DNA from: Eledone cirrhosa
Taxonomy: Eukaryota
Assembly (NCBI GenBank): GCA_964016885.1
Contig: OZ024742.1
Location: forward strand, 28,024,001 to 28,088,000
Direction of reading: 5' to 3'
Length of the DNA: 64,000 nt
Each line of letters begins with the position of its first letter. The first letter of the stretch is position 1. The position numbers and the translations under genes are program-made. This document shows positions 55,693 through 64,000 of the stretch, piece by piece. Under the pieces are notes generated by a model, which was given only the letters and a program-made list of their open reading frames with translations, searched no databases and was not told the origin of the DNA.

Positions 55693-58600
55693 TTAAAAAG
55701 AGATATTCAATCATGAAAAGCTATGCTAAATATGAAATTTACCAGCAAGACCAAGTCTTGGTGTATCTAGGAGATCAGAATGTCCGGATAAGGTTTCATT
55801 AGCCATAACGACCCCTATAATTCATGTAAGTATGGGAATGTAGACATAAAATGGTGTTGATGATGATGATGATGTTAATGTCATAGTATATGATTCTACA
55901 AGATTTGATATATTATTTGAACAATCAGTGCAATTATTTTATTATATCAACTGCAAGTCGATAGTATTGGTGTCATGATAAAAAAAGCACCCAGTACATC
56001 CTGTAAGGTGGTGGTGCTAGTGTCATGATAAAAATGCACCCTGTACACCCTGTATGGTAGTAGCACTGGTTTCATGATAAAAAAACACCCTAAAACCCTG
56101 TAAAGTAATAGCACCAAATCTGGAGTAATGGATACAAATCTGACACACAGGGAGCACTACATCTTGTATATCTTGAGGACTACATCTGGGATATCTTGAA
56201 GACTGCAACTGGTATAACTGGAGCTCTTGATCAGCGGAATACATCCAATTAATTCACAGACTACTACCTATATCTTCTAGAACAACTTCAACTGCTGGCT
56301 ACATAACAACAACAAAAACTAGCTCAATGAGAGATTTAAGTAAATTTTCTAAGTTTACTATGAAGTGATAATATATAGGCAAAAGATATTCCTGATAGTT
56401 TGGCAGCTAACCATCGGTCTGTCATTAAAACTATCTTAATTTAATGATATTGCCCTCCGCAAACAAACCCCTCTGCCATGCCCTTCATATTCTTAACCTC
56501 CCATAAATTTCAGCCATAAACATAAACTGTAACATTTAATTCACATAAATGCAATCGTAACAAAATTCCATAGATATTGCTGCCCATTAAATGCAATATG
56601 AAATGAGAGGCTGTTTGTTTTTAGTTTCTCTGTTGTTTTGGTTTAGTTTCTGTTGTTGTTGGTTTGGTTTGGTTTGGTTTTGTTATTTTGATGTTTTAAT
56701 TCCAAGTGTATAAACATTGTTTATATTTCATGTCTGTGAGAGGCATTAGAAGAGACTAGACAATATATTTCCATTGTGCATTTGTAGTAATATTGTATGT
56801 TTGTTTCATAACCCTCTGTTGTTGCAACACCACTCAAAGTTTTTAAACTATACATGGTGGTGGGTGTAGAAAAAAACACCTCACACCTCTACACTCAAGG
56901 TTTCCCTACCTGGCTGATATCTCCCACCAGTGGTGGTGGTGGTGGTGGTGGTGGTGGTGGTGGTGATGGTGTTAGAGGTGTTGGTGCTGTTGTTGGTGGC
57001 GTTGGGGATAATGCTTGTAGTGGTGGTTCTGATTAAATTAATGACGATGATGGTGGTGACGATTGTGATGTTAGTGGTGGTGATGGTGATGGTAGTGGTA
57101 GTGATGGTAGTGGTAGTGATGGTGATAGTAGTGATGATGGTAGTAGTGGTGATGGTAGTCGTAGTGATGGTGATGGTAGTCGTAGTGATGGTGGTGGTGT
57201 TAATAGTGGTAGTGTTGATGGTGGTGCTGCCCGGTGATGTTAGTGGTAGCAGTGGTAAAGGCAGTGATCATGCAGGGTGGAGGAAAGGGGTAATACGAGT
57301 TACTGGGATATTTATGCTGGTGATGGTAATGGTATTGATGGTGGTGTTGTTGGTAGTGGTAGTGTTGATGATGGTGTTGTTGGTAGTGGTAGTGTTGATG
57401 GTGGTGTTGGTGGTGTTGGTAATGTTGTTGGTGGTGTTGGTAATGTTGATGGTGGTGTTGGTGGTGTTGATGGTGTTGGTGTTGGTGGTGTTGATGGTGT
57501 TGGTGTTGGTAGTGTTGATGGTGCTGGTGCTAGTGGTGGTTGTGGTGCTGGTGCTAGTGGTGGTTGTGGTGCTGCTAATGGTAGTGGTGCTGGTGGTGGT
57601 TCTGGTGATGGTGGTGTTAGTAGCGGTAGTGTAGATGGTGCTAGTGGTGGTTGTGGCACTGGTGATGGTAGTGGTGCTGGTAGTCGTGATGCAGGGTGGA
57701 GGAAAGGAGAGATATGAGTATCTGAGGTATTCATACTTTCCATTTTGACTATGTGTGACTGAAGAATTAAAGTGAAATAGCTGTATCAATTAATTGAAGT
57801 TTAAATAAGAAACTCATCTGGCTTTAAGTGTTTATCACAATTTTAGAGAACTCAACTGAACAGTAAATAGTTCTCTCACACACTTCGCACTTAATTCCCT
57901 TCCTTTAGAATCTCATTAACTACAAGGGACATATTACTGTCAGTGGGGAATCCTTATTTGAAAATATCTTCATATTATGTGCATTTAATCAGCAACGTGT
58001 TCTCTTTTACATTAACTGAAGTTACATATCTCATTAAGTTTCAGATCAAAGGTGATATGAATTTGGGAAATGATACATAAGGGAGGATATAGTTTAAACA
58101 TATATTTACGCTATGAATTTGATACTTTTAGAAATTATTTCTCTTGGTTTCTGGCTTAAGTTAGATATGTTAGTTTAAGCTTCACTTAATTAACCGGTAT
58201 CAAACCTGTATTACATTGATAACTACATTAACATATTTCGTCTGGCGTTTAATTGCAGTAGCATCTCATTAATACCTCTTCTCTTGTAACTGATTTTAAT
58301 CAAAAGCTGGACAAGCATTGGTAGAAGCTTTTTCAGCTGAGACAGAATTGAGAATCTTAAAATCAACATACATTTATGCTCCATAAGTTCAAATATAGAG
58401 TGTATATTTATCTATTCATCACCTTCACGCTGTGTTTATTCATCCAACATATTACAACATAATGGATTACATACTTCACCACACACACTGTATAATGTCA
58501 TTATCGGTGTATATAAAACATCTGATGTAATTATGTGTATACAAACAATCTTTAATCGTGTTGTGAAAAGTGTTTATGGCTAAAATACCCATAGTTTAGA

Positions 58601-59199
58601 AAATGTTATCAGGAAATTGACTACCAGCTTTCGAGCTTGATAAGATTCTCTTCAGTTCTTGTATATCAGAATATACACAGATATGGCTGAGTGGTTTAAA
58701 AGTTGATTCACAATTACAAAGTCCTAGATTCAATCCCATTGCATGGTGCTTTGGCAAGGTGTGTTTTATCTTAGTCTTACATGAACTGAGCCTGGAGGCT
58801 CAATAGGCAGGTGTTTATCCCAGCTTCTGTGGCATGAAGTTACTGAGAATACAAGACTCCCTGCTGGACAGAAGGCTGATCCTTCACAGGGTTAAACCCC
58901 AGCTATTGCTGGTATTCATTTTCAGCTGAGTATACTGGAGCAATATGAAATGAAGTGTTTTGCTCAAGAACACAACACAAAACCCAGTCCAGGAATCAAG
59001 CCCATAACATTGTGATCATAAGTCTAACACTGAATGATCCCATATCCCATCACTGATGATGAATCCCAGCTCAGCTACAAGAATGTATCATGGTATCATG
59101 CATAAGGGGTATAACACAAAGAAATCATGACATACTCCACCTGGTTTACTTAATCACACTTTAATACTACAGGCACAGAGTTGATAGTTAGGACCCAAA

Positions 59200-59690
59200 C
59201 ATGACAGGTATGTTATTGAGAGTTAGGGCCACACTTTATTTTGACAGGTATGTGCTTGAGTTTTAGGGGTCACACTTTATTATGACAGGTATGTGGTTGA
59301 GGTTTTAGGGCCACACTTTATTATGACAGGTATGTGGCTGAGTTTTAGGGGTCACATTTTATTATGACAAGAATGTGGTTGAAGTTTTAGGGGTCACACT
59401 TTATTATGACAAGAATGTGGTTGAGGTTTTAGGTCCACACTTTATTATGACAGGTATGTGGTTGAGGTTTTAGGGGTCACATTTTATTATGACAAGAATG
59501 TGGTTGAGGTTTTAGTGGTCACACTTTATTATGACAAGAATGTGGTTGAGGCTTTAGGGGTCACACTTTATTATGACAAGGATGTGGTTGAAGTTTTAGG
59601 GCCACACTTTATTATGACAGGTATGTGGTTGAGGTTTTAGGGGTCACATTTTATTATGACAAGAATGTGGTTGAGGTTTTAGGGGTCATA
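59200..59690. repeat. ~38-39-bp minisatellite (cacactttattatgacaagaatgtggttgaggttttagggg), ~12 units
   Basis: Head-to-tail units with no unique spacers. Confidence 0.95.
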
Positions 59691-59990
59691 CAGTTACTAC
59701 GGGCATGAAGTAGACATTCTGTGACAATATTAACACCATTAGATTAGATTGGATTCCTCACATACACTTCAGCATTAACCACCATATCTGTGTGCATGTA
59801 TATATATATATATATATATGTGTGTGAGTGTGTGTGTATGTATCAGCGTGTATGTATGTGTGCTAACTACTATATCAGTGAGTATATACATGTATATGTA
59901 TATATATGTGTATATGTATCGGCATGTGTGTATGTGTTCTAACTACTATATCTGTGTGTGTATGTGTATGTATGTATATATGAGTGTGTG

Positions 59991-60023
<33 letters not shown>

Positions 60024-60409
60024 CTTGCAAGCAGGGAAAAGCGGACGTAAAATGATGATGATGATATATGTATGTATATGTGTGTGCATGTGTATGTATG
60101 TATGTGTATGTATACTAGCTACTATATATGTGTGTGTGTGAGTGTGAGTGTGTGTGCGTGTGAGTGTGTGTGTGAGTGTGTGTGAGTGTGTGTGAGAGTG
60201 TGTGTGAGAGTGTGTGTGAGAGTGTGTGTGAGAGTGTGTGTGAGAGTGTGTGTGAGTGTGTGTGTGAGTGTATTTATGTGTAAGAGTGTGGGTGTGTGTG
60301 TTTGTGGGTGTGATTGTGTGTGTGATTGTGTGTGTGATTGTGTGTGTGTGTGTGATTGTGTGCTGAAGTGTAGTCAAATTAAAAATGAACCGTAGAAAAA
60401 GTCACTTAC

Positions 60410-60436
60410 TTGTATCATTCCAAATTTGGGACTTAC
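60410..60436 (-). CDS. Candidate 27-nt microexon of an unidentified minus-strand host gene, beginning with a recursive-splice-like GTAAGT
   Basis: Minus strand: aCTAAT branch point (60463-60467), pyrimidine tract tctttctcttcttttgttc, CAG|GTAAGTCCCAAATTTGGAATGATACAA|GTAAGTG. The phase-1 reading x-KSQIWNDT-x is stop-free. Confidence 0.55.
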
Positions 60437-60567
60437 CTGGAACAAAAGAAGAGAAAGATATCATTAGTTAAAATATTCTTTAAAATAATAGAAGTTTAGA
60501 GTTACCTGCAGTGATTAATTCATAACATCCTGAAATAATTTAGCAGAAAATATCGAAAAACAGGTTT

Positions 60568-61125
60568 GTTAATTCAAATGTTTATAATATCTTTACTATA
60601 TTATGTTTATAGTATTTTTACATTGTGAACATTTGCAGTAAACTAGAGACTTTAATATTTAATGTGATACAGTCATAGTACTGTTTTGTATCTTTCAAAA
60701 ATATCTTGTTAATGTGATTTCATGTAGTTAGTTAATTCAAATATGTATAGTATTTTTACTATACACTGTTTCTAGTATGTTTACATTGTGAACATTTCTA
60801 GCAAACTAAAGATTTTAAATGACTGATAAGTTTTAAAAAACCAATATAAAGGGCAAAGTATTACAAATAAAACCCCAAAAAGTAATTCAAATGTTTATAG
60901 TATCTTTACTATTGGACAGATCATTGTGAACAGATTTGTTTTAGAGTAAAGACTTTAATATTTAATGTGATGCAGTGAGGGTTCTGTTTTGTACCTTTCA
61001 AGAGTGTCTTGCTAATGTGGTTTCATGTACTTTGTTAATTCAAATGATTATAGAATCTTCACTAGTGGACAGATCATTGTGAAAACAAATTGCTGCTTTA
61101 GAGTAAAGACTCTAATATGTAATAT
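60568..61125. repeat. Imperfect tandem repeats (ttaattcaaatgtttatagtatctttact... modules), related to 24252-24330
   Basis: The module recurs at ~60570, 60733, 60884 and 61036. Confidence 0.7.
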
Positions 61126-61363
61126 TTAATTGTTTCTACTTTTGGCACAAGGCCAGCAATTATGTCAGTGTATTACTGGTACTTTATTTTATCGACCCGT
61201 AAGGATGAAAGGCAAAGTTAACCTCGGCGGGATTTGAACTCAGACCATAATGGGTCGTAACTCTTTACTGCAAAGCATGGCGTCCGACCCTCTACCAATA
61301 CTGCCAATCCACCGCCATTTATATTATCAAACGTGCCTTGCCAATTATCAATGAAATATAGTA

Positions 61364-61546
61364 CAAGTAAAATTCCTTTATAATAAATACCATTTTAACG
61401 AATTTTTCAGTATAACAAATTTTTTTCAAACCCTGAGGTAATAACAAACAAAGGCTTGATTTGTTTCATTTCGTTACAAAGAATTTTTTGTTACAACAAC
61501 ATTTTTTTTTATACCTTGTGAATTTCGTTATAACGGAATTTCACTG
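61364..61546. mobile_element. Tc1/pogo-like MITE with a TA target duplication
   Basis: TA-caagtaaaattcctttataa ... ttcgttataacggaatttcactg-TA. Confidence 0.6.
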
Positions 61547-63294
61547 TACCAGTCCAAGACTGAACTTCTGGAATGTTTAGAGCATTGGACTAAATGTTTT
61601 GCAGAACATATTTTGGTTCTTTACATTCTGAGCTCTTAAGCAGGTTGTGAAAACTTATCTAAATTGTCTATAACTTAGCTCTACTGATTATGGAAATATT
61701 TCTTCAGGTAAAATTCTGTGATGGTGCCATTGGTTTTCTGAGAAAACATCAATGAAATGGTAAAGCAGAAGGCTTATGTATCTAGAATTATATTATCAAA
61801 TGTGCCTTGCTAATTTTGGCATCTTCTACCTTCATCTTTATTTAATAAACATTCATTTTGGAGTTTTACTTGCTTGGCAAATAAGTTCACCTGAAGTAAT
61901 TATATCTTAGAAGACACAGTTTATCAATTTAAGGGAATACAACATTGCTTATATTCACTTTTAATTTATTTTTTAAAGTTCAAAATGTTCATCACACATT
62001 TGAGACAAAAATCTTGACACCTTAAGAAATAAACTGAAAGTTAATATAACAATTTTTTGTGTATGTTCTTAACTGACTTAGATGACTTTTTATCATGCAA
62101 TTGGCATAATAATAATAGTGTTTCTATCAGAAGTAGTTGGTCTGACAGGTTTTAAAAGGCATAGTTGATTAAGATAAACCGTAGTAGTTTACTGGTACTT
62201 TCATTTATTGACCCAAAAGAATGAAAGGCAAAATTAACAAGAATGGTTTCTGATTTAGGCACACAGTCAACAATATTTTGAGGGAGGGGAAAGTCGATTG
62301 AACTGACCCTGGTGCATTACTGGTACTTTATTTTGTTGACCCTGTAAGGATGAAAGGCAAAGCTAACCAACAATAATTAATGATAGTAATGTTGTGCAGA
62401 AGATGTCAACATTGAATTAAATGATGTTATATGTCCATTAAATAATTTGTCCATCATTTCATTTGTAAATGAGATTACTGAAATGATATGTAGTAACTTT
62501 AGTTAATACATTGTAAAATTACCTTAAAAGATAGCCATAAGCATTTTCCAAAAAATAGAAGTAATAAACTATATGAATATTTTGAGGTAATTTTCAGACA
62601 TTTTCAAGCATTTTGATGCATGTATAGTTTTAGTTAAGCTATACATGAATCCATTTGTTGTAATATGTCACAGTAGATATCCATTTTTATTAAGTTGGTG
62701 TTTGTATATTGGTCTGCCACAGACCAACCTACCTACTGACACAGACACACCCACCACCTGCCACAAATCCACCCATCAGGTACCACAGACACACCTACCA
62801 TCTGCCACTGACCCACCCACCTGTTACCGCAGATACACCCATCTACTACCACAGACCTACCTATCTCCTGATGCAAATCCACCCATTAGTTACCACAGTC
62901 ACACCCATCTACTACCACAGACATACCCCCAGACCCACCCACCTCCTACCACCAACCCACCCACATGCTACCACAGACCTCCTCTCCCCTGCTGCTGACT
63001 GCCAGAAAGATTAACAGACTAAAAACACACAGATTTTGACAATTCTCATTTCAATAAGTAATAACACTTGAGAAAGAAAGAACGTTAAAAGCTGTCAGCA
63101 CTTTTAATGAAAACCAACTGAAGACTTAGAATAAAGCAGCCAGATTATGAAATAGAGAGCAATATAAACATCATCACAGGGGTTTTGTAATGCAAACACA
63201 GACTGGTGGAAGGATGGGGAGATATGAGGCTGAGTGATTTAGGGGTGAGTGGTGTGGTTAGGAAACTATAAAGCTGGACAGCTGGGATACTAAA

Positions 63295-63960
63295 AGGCTG
63301 AGAACCTGGAAGGCTGGTTGCCTAGATGGCTGGTTGACTAGATGGCTGGAACGCTAGAAGGCTGGTTGCCTAGCTGACTGGTTGACTAGATGGCTGGAAT
63401 GATAGAAGCTGGTTGACTAGATGGCTGGAATGCTAGAAGGCTGGTTGCCTAGATGGCTGGTTGACTAGATGGCTAGAATGGTAGACAACTGGTTGCTTAG
63501 ATGGCTGGTTGACTAGATGGCTGGAATGGTAGACAACTGGTTGCCTAGATGGCTGGAATGATAGAAGGCTGGTTGCCTAGATGGCTGGTTGACTAGATGG
63601 CTGGAATGATAGAAGGCTGGTTGCCTAGATGGCTGGTTGACTAGATGGCTGGAACGCTAGAAGGCTGGTTGCGTAGCTGGCTGGTTGACTAGATGGCTGG
63701 AATGCTAGAAGGCTGGTTGCCTAGAAGGCTGGTTGACTAGATGGCTGGAATGCTAGAAGGCTGGTTGCCTAGATGGCTGGTTGACTAGATGGCTGGAATG
63801 CTAGAACGCTGGTTGCCTAGCTGGCTGGTTGACTAGTTGGCTGGAATGCTAAGACTAGATGGCTGGACTGCTAGAAGGCTGGTTAATTAGATGGCTAGAA
63901 TGCTAGAAGGCTGGAATGCTAAGACTAGATGGCTGGAGTGTTAGAAGGCTGGGGTGTTTG
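63295..63960. repeat. 16-bp minisatellite (tagatggctggttgac / tagaaggctggttgcc / tagatggctggaatgc) with a ~48-bp higher-order unit
   Basis: Visible periodicity. Confidence 0.95.
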
Positions 63961-64000
63961 GAAGGCAGCAAGATAGGGATGCAAGAAGACTGGTTGAGTG

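Noticed and set aside
58612-58662. Minus-strand CTGAAGA...GAAA
   Set aside because: Helices I and III do not pair; at best a heavily decayed motif.
59200-59690. CRISPR-like periodicity
   Set aside because: The units are head-to-tail without unique spacers, the context is eukaryotic and there are no cas genes.

Overview
AT-rich, repeat-saturated animal DNA. The (TA)n/(CA)n microsatellites, RTE LINEs with (GAT)n tails, tRNA-derived SINEs, CR1 tails and Penelope-like elements (PLEs) suggest an octopod cephalopod; this is inference, not a database match. There is no intact host ORF: almost all ORF-track entries are microsatellite translations or transposon pieces. The window holds one near-full-length but frameshifted RTE LINE (48995-52836), five truncated copies, two GIY-YIG PLE remnants with long inverted 5' repeats, a decayed PLE reverse transcriptase and a 4.6-kb 30-bp minisatellite. 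The most notable signal is a dense set of short, mostly fold-back elements sitting in (TA)n tracts. They carry type-I hammerhead ribozyme motifs (CTGANGA...GAAA...UH, often with a palindromic helix III) and belong to roughly ten sequence-unrelated families. Many share a TTGAGTRC motif about 30-80 nt from the 3' junction and invert at or near the ribozyme. Also present are a candidate 27-nt minus-strand microexon that begins with a recursive-splice signature (YAG|GTAAGT, 60410-60436) and a CArG+TATA promoter-like module (about 30100-30415).
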